From assembly GCA_964606255.1 (NCBI GenBank), contig CAZSFS010000002.1, forward strand, positions 1 to 44,203: a DNA stretch of 44,203 bases, in the 5' to 3' direction. Position numbers and translations under genes: made by a program. Of the stretch, positions 14,802-22,819 are shown piece after piece. The stretch's first letter is position 1, and each line of letters opens with the position of its first letter. The notes beneath the pieces are model-generated. The model was not told the origin of the DNA, made no database searches, and saw only the letters and a program-made list of their open reading frames with translations. Origin of the DNA: an uncultured Candidatus Saccharibacteria bacterium (GTDB taxonomy: Bacteria > Patescibacteriota > Minisyncoccia > Phycocordibacterales > CSBR16-119).

Positions 14802-16778
14802 TTATTGGACGGTGAGCGGAAAAGTTGTTGTTGTTGAAAGTCCGGAAGTGGTATTTGTAATTATAATCGGTAATGTGTATTGTCCCGGTGCAGTGTTGGG
14901 ACCAATAAAGATACTAAAACTTCTATTTCTCTCATCATCAGGTTCTAGATTTGATAAAAATTCTACAACGGTAGGATTGTTAAAATTCGCCTGTGTGATT
15001 CCATTGGGGACTGTACCGAGTGTTGCTGTAAAATTTGTATTAGGACATGAAATATAATCCATATTTATAATTCGAAGCGTCACACCCCAGTTGTAACCAG
15101 AATTTCCAGGGTCAACGACCGTTGTGGGATTATTACCCCAGACACTTACCCTTGGTGGTAAATGAGTACAAGCAAGATTTGGATTCATGGTAACTTGAAA
15201 TCTTCGAGAATTTTGATTGATGGGTGGTAAAGTTGTGATCGTTAGACCATAACGAGGTTCTGAGTATGTTTGTCCTTGATTGAGTGATACTTGATATGGA
15301 TTTTCATTACTCAGATTTGGGGCTCCGCGGAGATATATCAGTCGAGCATTTTTTGTATCTAATTGATTAGCTACATTTCCTTCGTATCCTTCTTTGTACA
15401 CCATGATGCCATTTTTATTTTCAGCAATATTGTATGGGGGAACTTCTCCGCCGCCACCCTGCATTCCTCCAAGGGCCGGGGTATTGAGTCCCGCATCAAA
15501 ACCGTATCCATTGCGAAATTCTATCCATATGGGAGTTTTATTTGAGTTCATCGATGGTTTTATTTTATATGCTTTTGCTGTGGAATTTATAAAGGAAAGA
15601 GTCCCTGTGTTTGATATTGGTGAAGCAAGATCGCGTATGTTGTAAATACCAGACTCCGTAATAGTTTGGAGTTCGTTAGCGCTAAACCAGCCAAGTTTTG
15701 CTTTTGCCCAAGCATTAAAATGTAGACCAATTGTATTGTACGCCATGACATCAAAATAGTTTCCAACCGTTAAACTTTGGCAATCGTCAATAGATGGTGA
15801 TCCTTCACATGATAAACCGTGAGCGTGAAGAAGTCCCAAAGCATGACCAAATTCATGAATGAGTAGATGTTCAAGATTTGTGAGAACGTGAGAACCATTC
15901 ATGCTTTCAACCATTTGAAAGCTTTGACTGTTCCACATATTTACTGAAGTATTTACCCACGTTACTGTTTTATTATAGGTTACTCCATTTATCGTGTATG
16001 GTTGGGGACCGGTGTTAGACATACCATATGAAATATTTCCATCACAAAGAGTGATGATGAGGATATTTGTATAATTATTAAGATCAATGGAGGATCCAGC
16101 TATGAATGGACCCAAATCACTTGTTGTAGCGGGGCACGATTCGTTTTCCGCCGTGGTGAACCAGCCAAACACATCGCCAGTAATTGACTGTCTACCGTAA
16201 GACACCTCATTAAAATATTGTTTGAATTTTCCCGTGCCGAACATGATATCGTTTACGGTTGAAGGATAGAATGGTTGAGATGAGCTATTTTGATTGTCTA
16301 ACAAAAATACAGCCAATTTTTTAGTCTTTTTTGATGTTAATGGTTGAGTTTTTTTTGCTTCCCTCACACCATCAAAAGTTTCTCCGACAAACTTTGCGTT
16401 CGACAATGTTACAATTCCTGTTTTTGTATCTAGCGTTCCCTTGACATCATAATAACCATTTTTAAAATTCACTACTATGTCGTCTCCCACGACCAAGTAT
16501 CTTTTTCCATTTATGAATATTTCTTGAATGATTTTCTCACTTCCTTCTTTTAAAAAATTTTCAGATATGGTGATACCGATAGGATATTTACCAGCTATTT
16601 CAACTTTTGTTCCAACTTCTTCTTTTATTGGGGACGTTTGAGTTACTTTTGTGTTAACGAAAAGCAAGACTCCGGCCATTTGACCATTCACCGGATTAAT
16701 ACTTGTAATTGAAACAGATAGCGCCGATAAAATTATGGCAAAAGTAATCAGACCACCCTTAGACATATTTGTTTTCAT
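14802..16778 (-). CDS. Secreted zinc metalloprotease with an M6 (immune inhibitor A-like) domain and a C-terminal beta-sandwich-like domain
   Basis: The N-terminus is signal/TM-like (MKTNMSKGGLITFAIILSALSVS). 'YFNEVSYGRQSITGDVFGWFT' is typical of the M6 domain. The motif 'IHEFGHALGLLHAHG' fits HExxHxxGxxH. The start could instead be 16766. Confidence 0.75.
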   Translation of the reverse strand: MKTNMSKGGLITFAIILSALSVSITSINPVNGQMAGVLLFVNTKVTQTSPIKEEVGTKVEIAGKYPIGITISENFLKEGSEKIIQEIFINGKRYLVVGDDIVVNFKNGYYDVKGTLDTKTGIVTLSNAKFVGETFDGVREAKKTQPLTSKKTKKLAVFLLDNQNSSSQPFYPSTVNDIMFGTGKFKQYFNEVSYGRQSITGDVFGWFTTAENESCPATTSDLGPFIAGSSIDLNNYTNILIITLCDGNISYGMSNTGPQPYTINGVTYNKTVTWVNTSVNMWNSQSFQMVESMNGSHVLTNLEHLLIHEFGHALGLLHAHGLSCEGSPSIDDCQSLTVGNYFDVMAYNTIGLHFNAWAKAKLGWFSANELQTITESGIYNIRDLASPISNTGTLSFINSTAKAYKIKPSMNSNKTPIWIEFRNGYGFDAGLNTPALGGMQGGGGEVPPYNIAENKNGIMVYKEGYEGNVANQLDTKNARLIYLRGAPNLSNENPYQVSLNQGQTYSEPRYGLTITTLPPINQNSRRFQVTMNPNLACTHLPPRVSVWGNNPTTVVDPGNSGYNWGVTLRIINMDYISCPNTNFTATLGTVPNGITQANFNNPTVVEFLSNLEPDDERNRSFSIFIGPNTAPGQYTLPIIITNTTSGLSTTTTFPLTVQ

Positions 16779-16824
16779 ATGGTCAAATTTTAGCACAAAG
16801 GCTTTTTGCAACAAAAGGATTTAT

Positions 16825-16833
16825 TGGTATATT
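16825..16833 (+). promoter_or_regulatory. Extended -10 box (TGgTATATT) 7 nt upstream of the pheS ATG
   Basis: The sequence reads TGGTATATT-taacccc-ATG(16841). Confidence 0.45.
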
Positions 16834-16840
16834 TAACCCC

Positions 16841-17974
16841 ATGGAAATCAAAGTCGATACTTCGAAACAAGAAGAACTCTTGAAAGGCCTAGAGTCCCGA
16901 ACCGATATCGAAGCCCTACGTATGAAGCGGTATTTGGGCATGGCTGATTTGGCCCGGACCCCTGGAAGCCCCCTTTACGAGATCGTGGAACGAGTAAAAA
17001 AGGTTCCAGCACTTGCGGGACTTGATATTATCGAGATCCCAGAAATCGTTCCAGCTGAAATCACATTCGATCTTTTCGACTTTCCGGCTGACCATGTGGC
17101 TCGTTCGACTTCGGATACTTACTATGTCGACGCTAAAAATATTTTACGTACCCACAATACTGTTTCTTGGTATTACTATTTCAATTCTCCAGATGTCAAA
17201 GAAAAATTTGCGCGCAAAGAACATCTCGGGGCGCTTTGTTTTGGAAAGGTTTACAGAAAAGATGAAATCGACCGCCGGCACATGAATGTCTTTCACCAGA
17301 TTGATGGATGGAAACTCATCCCAGATACAGAAGGAACTCTCCCGCTAGATGAATTGAAAAGAGTTTTGTCGGAAATCGTTGAAAATGTTTTTGGTAAAGA
17401 AACGGAGTATCGATTTCTTGACGATGAATTCCCGTACACCGATCCATCGACGCAAATTGAAGTTATGGTCAATGGTCAATGGGTAGAAATCTTGGGTGCT
17501 GGAATGGTTAAACCGTCCGTTCTCGCTAAACTCGGTATTACTGGCTACAACGGCTGGGCTTTCGGCTTCGGCATCGAACGCCTTGCGATTCTTTCAATGG
17601 AACTTCCTGACATCAGACTTCTTTGGTCAAACGACGAGCGTGTAAAGAAACAGTTGGTGCTTGGAACTAAATTCAAAGAAGTTAGTAAATATCCAGCAAT
17701 CGTGCGCGACATTTCTTTTATTGTCGATTCTGCGACATTTCAACCAAATGTGTATTTCGATCTCGTGCGTGATGTTGTCGGTGACATGGCTGAAGAAATG
17801 GCACTCGTCGATGAATATGAAAATGCAGCGAAGTTTGGTGAAGGCAAGAAAAGTTATGCGTACCGCGTAACGTACCGATCGCTCGATCGAACGTTGACTG
17901 ACACGGAAGTAAACGATCTCCATAAAAAACTCGAAGAAGAAACAAGAAGAGTTTTAAACGCGACGGTTCGCTAA
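16841..17974 (+). CDS. pheS: Phenylalanine-tRNA ligase: alpha-type catalytic core fused to a C-terminal FDX-ACB anticodon-binding domain (mitochondrial-type architecture)
   Basis: The class II core shows 'FDFPADHVARSTSDTYYV', 'GKVYRKDEIDRRHMNVFHQIDG' and 'GWAFGFGIERLAIL'. The C-terminus 'SKYPAIVRDISFIVDS..YFDLVRDVVGDMAEEMALVDEY..KKSYAYRVTYRSLDRTLTDTEVN' is an FDX-ACB fold, normally found in PheT or in mitochondrial PheRS. Confidence 0.85.
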   Translation: MEIKVDTSKQEELLKGLESRTDIEALRMKRYLGMADLARTPGSPLYEIVERVKKVPALAGLDIIEIPEIVPAEITFDLFDFPADHVARSTSDTYYVDAKNILRTHNTVSWYYYFNSPDVKEKFARKEHLGALCFGKVYRKDEIDRRHMNVFHQIDGWKLIPDTEGTLPLDELKRVLSEIVENVFGKETEYRFLDDEFPYTDPSTQIEVMVNGQWVEILGAGMVKPSVLAKLGITGYNGWAFGFGIERLAILSMELPDIRLLWSNDERVKKQLVLGTKFKEVSKYPAIVRDISFIVDSATFQPNVYFDLVRDVVGDMAEEMALVDEYENAAKFGEGKKSYAYRVTYRSLDRTLTDTEVNDLHKKLEEETRRVLNATVR

Positions 17975-18107
17975 AATAGCCTTAAAATTCAAGCCTTTTT
18001 TGACATAAAATGGTGGATAAACAAGCTTCCAAAGTGGCTTCCGATTTGCTATAATTACTGGGCTTTAAAAGAGCTTTTTTCGTTTAAATAATTCATCAAA
18101 TTAACCA

Positions 18108-20150
18108 ATGGCTGAAAAGGTAAAAGGTAGTTATAACGCTGACGATATTTCGGTTCTCGAGGGTCTTGAGCCTGTCAGAAAGCGTCCTGGAATGTACATT
18201 GGTTCGACTGGACCGGATGGTCTTCATCACCTCATCAAAGAAATTTTTGACAACTCCCGCGACGAAGCTATGGCCGGACATTGTGATCACATCGAGGTTA
18301 CTTTGCTTCCAGGCAACATCGTGCGCGTAGCCGATAATGGCCGAGGAATTCCAGTTGATCTTCATAAACAAACAAAAGTTTCTGCGCTCGAAACTATTCT
18401 CACAGTTCTTCACGCCGGTGGAAAATTCGGCGGTAAGGACAAAGGTTACAAAGTTTCCGGAGGTTTGCACGGCGTTGGTGCTTCAGTCGTAAACGCTCTC
18501 TCTATCTACATGAAAGCCGAAGTACATCGCGATGGCGGTAAATTCGTCCAAGAATACAAACAGGGAAAACCAAAAGCCAAAGTCAAAGAGATCGGCAAAT
18601 CAAAACTTCACGGAACGATCATTTCTTTCGAACCAGATGTTGAAATTTTCAAAGAAGTAAAATTTGATTGGAACAGAATAGTTCATCACTATCGCGAACA
18701 AGCCTATCTCGTCAAAAAACTTCGCATTACGCTTATCGACGCGCGTGGATATGCGGGTAAGGTTCCTGAAGACGGATATTATTACTTCCAAGAAACGGGC
18801 ATCGAGGTTCCTTCGACAACTTTTTATTTCGAAGGAGGAATCGTCTCAATGGTCGCGCACTATAACAAAGATCAGAAAAAAATTCAGGACAAAATTTTCT
18901 CAGTCGACAAAGATGTCGACGATATCAACGTCGAGATTGCGCTTCAATATGTCGATGATATCGTGGATCACATTATTCCTTTTGCCAACAACATTTCAAC
19001 TCCGGGCGGCGGTATGCACGTCACCGGTTTTAAAACTGCGCTTACTCGTCTAATCAACAACTACTCGAAGAAAAATAATATTTTGAACGAAAAGGAAGGC
19101 GGATTTACTGGTGAGGACGTACTCGAGGGACTCACTGCTGTTATTTCTATTAAAATGCCGGAAATTCAGTTCGAAGGCCAGACCAAAGACAAGCTTGGTT
19201 CACCCGAAGCTCGTGGAGCCGTCGAAACAGTTTTCTCGACTGCATTTTCACAATTCCTCGAAGAAAATCCTGATGAAGCTCGCGCAATTTTAAATAAAGC
19301 AGTTCTTGCTCTCAAAGCACGTAAAGCCGCCAAAGCCGCGAAAGATTCAGTTCTCCGCAAAGGCGCACTCGAGGGCTTAACGCTACCAGGTAAACTTGCC
19401 GACTGTCAGTCCAAAGATCCATCAGAATCAGAACTATTCATCGTCGAGGGAGACTCTGCGGGCGGTTCGACCAAAATGGGTCGCGATCGTCGTACTCAGG
19501 CCGTACTTCCACTCAAAGGAAAAATTCTAAACGTCGAACGCGCACGCCTCGACAAGATGCTTGATTCGAAAGAAGTAAAGTCTCTCGTCATCGCACTCGG
19601 AACTTCTATCGGCGACACTTTCAATCTCGAAGACATTCGCTATCACAAAATCATTATCGCAACCGATGCCGACGTGGACGGCGCGCACATTCGAACACTT
19701 CTTCTGACATTGTTTTATCGATATTTCAAACCGGTTATAGAAGCAGGTTACATCTACATCGCCCAGCCACCACTCTATAAAATTACAAAAGGCAAAATGG
19801 TGACATATCTTTATTCTGACGAAGATAAAAATAAATTCTTGAAAGCCGAAGGAATCAAAGAAGGCGATGTTCAAATTGTCGAAGAGTCCGAATCTGGTGA
19901 GCCAGTCGAAGAAACACCGGAAAAGAAAGCTTCGAAGATTTCTGTTCAGCGTTACAAGGGTCTCGGAGAAATGAACCCAGACGAACTCAAGGAAACAACG
20001 ATGGATGTAAACAATCGAATTCTTCTACAAGTCAAAATCGAAGACGCTGTCGAAGCTGACAAAACTTTCGACATCCTGATGGGTTCAGAAGTTCCTCCTC
20101 GAAAATCTTTCATCCAATCAAACGCCAAATTAGCAGAGATTGATATATAG
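18108..20150 (+). CDS. gyrB: DNA gyrase subunit B
   Basis: 'YNADDISVLEGLEPVRKRPGMYIG', 'LHAGGKFGG..YKVSGGLHGVGASVVNALS', 'PGKLADC', the Toprim motif 'EGDSAGGS', 'IIIATDADVDGAHI' and 'QRYKGLGEMNPDEL' are all present. Confidence 0.95.
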   Translation: MAEKVKGSYNADDISVLEGLEPVRKRPGMYIGSTGPDGLHHLIKEIFDNSRDEAMAGHCDHIEVTLLPGNIVRVADNGRGIPVDLHKQTKVSALETILTVLHAGGKFGGKDKGYKVSGGLHGVGASVVNALSIYMKAEVHRDGGKFVQEYKQGKPKAKVKEIGKSKLHGTIISFEPDVEIFKEVKFDWNRIVHHYREQAYLVKKLRITLIDARGYAGKVPEDGYYYFQETGIEVPSTTFYFEGGIVSMVAHYNKDQKKIQDKIFSVDKDVDDINVEIALQYVDDIVDHIIPFANNISTPGGGMHVTGFKTALTRLINNYSKKNNILNEKEGGFTGEDVLEGLTAVISIKMPEIQFEGQTKDKLGSPEARGAVETVFSTAFSQFLEENPDEARAILNKAVLALKARKAAKAAKDSVLRKGALEGLTLPGKLADCQSKDPSESELFIVEGDSAGGSTKMGRDRRTQAVLPLKGKILNVERARLDKMLDSKEVKSLVIALGTSIGDTFNLEDIRYHKIIIATDADVDGAHIRTLLLTLFYRYFKPVIEAGYIYIAQPPLYKITKGKMVTYLYSDEDKNKFLKAEGIKEGDVQIVEESESGEPVEETPEKKASKISVQRYKGLGEMNPDELKETTMDVNNRILLQVKIEDAVEADKTFDILMGSEVPPRKSFIQSNAKLAEIDI

Positions 20151-20151
20151 C

Positions 20152-20181
20152 AAAAAATCCCCGAGAGGGGATTTTTTGTTT
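20152..20181. terminator. Bidirectional terminator between gyrB (+) and the small-ORF pair (-)
   Basis: The hairpin is AAAAAATCCCC-GAGA-GGGGATTTTTT. Confidence 0.75.
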
Positions 20182-20183
20182 TA

Positions 20184-20372
20184 CTAAATATTTTCTTTGA
20201 TCAATTTTCGGAGCTCTTCGATATGCATTTTCTTTTCGTTGTGGAGGCTTTCCCAGAAAGCTTTCTCAACGTCGCTCCCGGCCTCTTTTATATAGTTCTG
20301 TTCGATGCGCCAGAGAGACTTTTGCTCCTGGGTCATCTGTATCATTAGATTGTGTAAGTTGTTTGGGGTCAT
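20184..20372 (-). CDS. Hypothetical 62-aa helical protein
   Basis: The ORF starts 1 nt after the stop of the upstream ORF (20374..), so the two form an operon. I recognise no family. Confidence 0.45.
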   Translation of the reverse strand: MTPNNLHNLMIQMTQEQKSLWRIEQNYIKEAGSDVEKAFWESLHNEKKMHIEELRKLIKENI

Positions 20373-20373
20373 A

Positions 20374-20634
20374 TTAGGCGATGTTGGTTTCTAATTTTTG
20401 GATACGAACTTCGTGATCATTAACTTTGCCCTGGATCTCGTATTTATTTTCGGAAATCTTATCAAAGAGTTCTTGTTTGGCATTTTGCAAATCAGCTTTA
20501 GTCGACATGCCATCAAGACGGTCTTCGATCTTCGTCATGCGTTCAGCGACAAATTCAATATGGCCGTCGAGTTTTTTGTCGATTCCTTCAACAGCATTTA
20601 TTAACTTGTCTATTTTTTGTTCAAGACCATCCAT
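20374..20634 (-). CDS. Hypothetical coiled-coil protein (86 aa from the ATG at 20634; longer alternatives start at 20658 or at TTG 20685)
   Basis: Heptad-like sequence: MDGLEQKIDKLINAVEGIDKKLDGHIEFVAERMTKIEDRLDG.... The minus strand has TGgTATCCT (20649-20641) 6 nt before the ATG at 20634. Confidence 0.5.
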   Translation of the reverse strand: MDGLEQKIDKLINAVEGIDKKLDGHIEFVAERMTKIEDRLDGMSTKADLQNAKQELFDKISENKYEIQGKVNDHEVRIQKLETNIA

Positions 20635-20689
20635 GGGCCAAGGATACCACGACTCCATAATCCAGACAATTGTGTAAAAGCTCAAAAAC

Positions 20690-20717
20690 TTGCAAAAATC
20701 CCTGTTTTCCGTATACT
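20690..20717 (+). promoter_or_regulatory. Promoter of rpmF (TTGCAA-16-TATACT), with the -10 ending 7 nt before the ATG
   Basis: TTGCAA is at 20690-20695 and TATACT at 20712-20717; the ATG is at 20725. Confidence 0.6.
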
Positions 20718-20724
20718 AGTTGCC

Positions 20725-20928
20725 ATGGTAGTCCGAATGCGACACACAAGAGCCCATACGAAAAATCGTAGGTCTCATCATAGAGCACCGATGGCGAATA
20801 TCGTTATCGATAAGGAGACAAATACTCCTCATCTTCGTCATCGCGTCTCACTCGAAACTGGCAAATACCGAGGCAAACAAGTCTTGGCAGTTGTTAAATC
20901 TAGCGACAAGAAATCAAAAGCCAAGTAA
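20725..20928 (+). CDS. rpmF: 50S ribosomal protein L32 (variant without Cys)
   Basis: 'MVVRMRHTRAHTKNRRSHHRA' matches the L32 N-terminal basic motif, and 'PHLRHRVSLETGKYRGKQVL' matches its C-terminal part. The zinc-ribbon cysteines are absent. Confidence 0.8.
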   Translation: MVVRMRHTRAHTKNRRSHHRAPMANIVIDKETNTPHLRHRVSLETGKYRGKQVLAVVKSSDKKSKAK

Positions 20929-21073
20929 TTGGCTCGCGCTCGGTTTGCTTATAATTTTCCTTCCTCCTAACCTAACCAGATCAAACGGTTGGAAAATCAC
21001 AATCAAACCTCGCACTTAAGTTATTTCTTTGTTAGAATATTAGAGTCTTTTAATAGAATTTGTTCTTATCATT

Positions 21074-21973
21074 ATGGCCAATAGGCACCTTGCACGATCA
21101 GTCGTTTTACAAACACTTTTTGAGTGGGATTTTAATGGGCAGAAAAATGAATCTGCTCCAGAATATCTCGAACGCAATCTTGCCGAATTTGCGCCAGGAA
21201 TGAAAGAGATCTCCTTTACCAAACACCTGCTTGATCAGGTTTTAAAAAAACATGTTCTCATCGATGAGATCATAGAGAAAGCTGCGCCTGATTGGCCAAT
21301 GGATAAAATTGCGATTGTTGATCGCAATGTTTTGCGCATTGGTCTGGCTGAACTTTTGTTTTCAAACAAAGATGAGGTTCCGCCAAAGGTTGCTATCAAC
21401 GAAGCCATCGAACTTGGAAAAACTTTCGGTGGCGAGAAATCTGGCAAATTCGTCAACGGTGTTTTGGGCGCAGTTTACAAAGAAATGGGGGAACCAGGCA
21501 AAGATCAGATCACTCCAAAGAAACGCGCAAATAACGAAGACGATCCAGAAAAACTTCCAAAAGAGAAGAAAGCCGGCGGAGTAATCATTACAGAGAAAGA
21601 TGGAGAGACTTTGGTCGGGCTCGTGCACGATGTTTTTGGTTATTGGACGCTAGCCAAGGGTGGAGTGGAAGGAAATGAAACTTCCGAAGAGGGCGCAATC
21701 CGCGAGATAAAAGAAAAGACCGGACTGGATGTCGAAATCGTTAAACTTTTGGGTGAAAATGAATATGTTGCATCTCATCCGGAAAAAGGTAAAATCCTAA
21801 AACAGGTTAGCTACTATCTGGTAAAGACGCCCTGGAAGGAGATGGACCTCCATTCAAACGGCGGACTCGATGATGCCAGGTGGTTCAAGCTCTCCGAATT
21901 AGAAAGTATAAACACCTACGACGATATACTGCCGCTTCTGGCGCAGTCAATCGACTACGTTACCAATAAATAA
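21074..21973 (+). CDS. nusB: Transcription antitermination factor NusB fused to a C-terminal Nudix hydrolase domain
   Basis: The NusB part (aa 1-~140) shows 'RHLARSVVLQTLFEWDF', 'DRNVLRIGLAELLF', 'PPKVAINEAIELGKTFGGEKSGKFVNGVLG'. A K/E/P-rich linker follows. The Nudix fold starts at about 21572, with the box 'GGVEGNETSEEGAIREIKEKTGL'. Confidence 0.8.
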   Translation: MANRHLARSVVLQTLFEWDFNGQKNESAPEYLERNLAEFAPGMKEISFTKHLLDQVLKKHVLIDEIIEKAAPDWPMDKIAIVDRNVLRIGLAELLFSNKDEVPPKVAINEAIELGKTFGGEKSGKFVNGVLGAVYKEMGEPGKDQITPKKRANNEDDPEKLPKEKKAGGVIITEKDGETLVGLVHDVFGYWTLAKGGVEGNETSEEGAIREIKEKTGLDVEIVKLLGENEYVASHPEKGKILKQVSYYLVKTPWKEMDLHSNGGLDDARWFKLSELESINTYDDILPLLAQSIDYVTNK

Positions 21974-21979
21974 AAAATT

Positions 21980-22672
21980 ATGCCGAACTTCGCGAAATTT
22001 GAAACCGAAAATAACTTAGACTTCAAAGACAAGGATCTACTAAAACAAGCTTTTACTCATCGATCATATATAAACGAAAACGCTGGTGCAGGGTCTCACA
22101 ATGAACGCCTAGAATTTTTGGGCGATGCGGTGCTTGAACTCGTCACAACTGAAGAGCTTTTTGCACGCTACCCAGGTAAATCAGAGGGCGACCTAACCGC
22201 TATCCGTGCGGCTGTCGTTAATACCGTTTCGATTTCTGCTGCGGCGGTGGAGCTTGGCATGAACGACTATCTTCTTTTGTCCAAAGGCGAAGCCAAAGAT
22301 ACAGGCAAGGCACGTGACTACATTCTCGCTAACACTTTCGAATCAGTTATCGGCGCGATATTTCTAGACGCTGGTTATGATGCGGCCAAGAAATTCATAG
22401 CCGATGCTTTGTTTGGCAAGATTGAAAAAATCGTTGCTCAGAAACTTTGGCGCGATTCCAAGTCTCTAATCCAAGAAAAAGCTCAAGAGATTGTGAACAT
22501 TACGCCGCGCTATGAAGTGCTTGAAGAAACCGGCCCAGACCATGATAAGAATTTTACTATCGGTGTATTTTTTGGAGATGAACTTATTGCCAAAGGCTCC
22601 GGCAAATCCAAACAAGAAGGTGAGCAGGCTGCGGCTCAGGAAGCACTCAAGCTAAAAAAGTGGTTGGATTAG
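21980..22672 (+). CDS. rnc: Ribonuclease III
   Basis: The signature 'NERLEFLGDAVLELV' is present, together with a C-terminal dsRBD ('KNFTIGVFFGDELIAKGSGKSKQEGEQAAAQEAL'). Confidence 0.93.
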   Translation: MPNFAKFETENNLDFKDKDLLKQAFTHRSYINENAGAGSHNERLEFLGDAVLELVTTEELFARYPGKSEGDLTAIRAAVVNTVSISAAAVELGMNDYLLLSKGEAKDTGKARDYILANTFESVIGAIFLDAGYDAAKKFIADALFGKIEKIVAQKLWRDSKSLIQEKAQEIVNITPRYEVLEETGPDHDKNFTIGVFFGDELIAKGSGKSKQEGEQAAAQEALKLKKWLD

Positions 22673-22804
22673 CAAAGAAAAATACTCATAAAAAGGCACG
22701 AAGTTTTGCCTGTAAACGGCAAACTTCTCCCTCTCGAAAAAGCCCGTCCTTCAAAAGGCGGGCTTTTTCTTGCGAGAGTCCTTTTTATGAGGATTTTTCT
22801 TTGC
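22672..22804 (+). repeat. Copy 2 of the structured intergenic element (25-bp outer stem with one mismatch)
   Basis: GCAAAGAAAAATACTCATAAAAAGG (22672-22696) pairs with CCTTTTTATGAGGATTTTTCTTTGC (22780-22804). The inner hairpin is GAAGTTTTGCC-TGTAAAC-GGCAAACTTC. The 3' ~60 nt are identical to copy 1. Confidence 0.8.
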
Positions 22805-22810
22805 CTGGTG

Positions 22811-22819
22811 TGGTAAAAT
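22811..22819 (+). promoter_or_regulatory. Extended -10 box (TGgTAAAAT) abutting the smc start region
   Basis: The sequence reads TGGTAAAAT-ATGGGG-GTG. The ATG at 22820 directly follows the box. The GTG at 22826 is 6 nt downstream and would give the SMC-typical N-terminus (M)KLKRIELLGFKSF. Confidence 0.45.
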
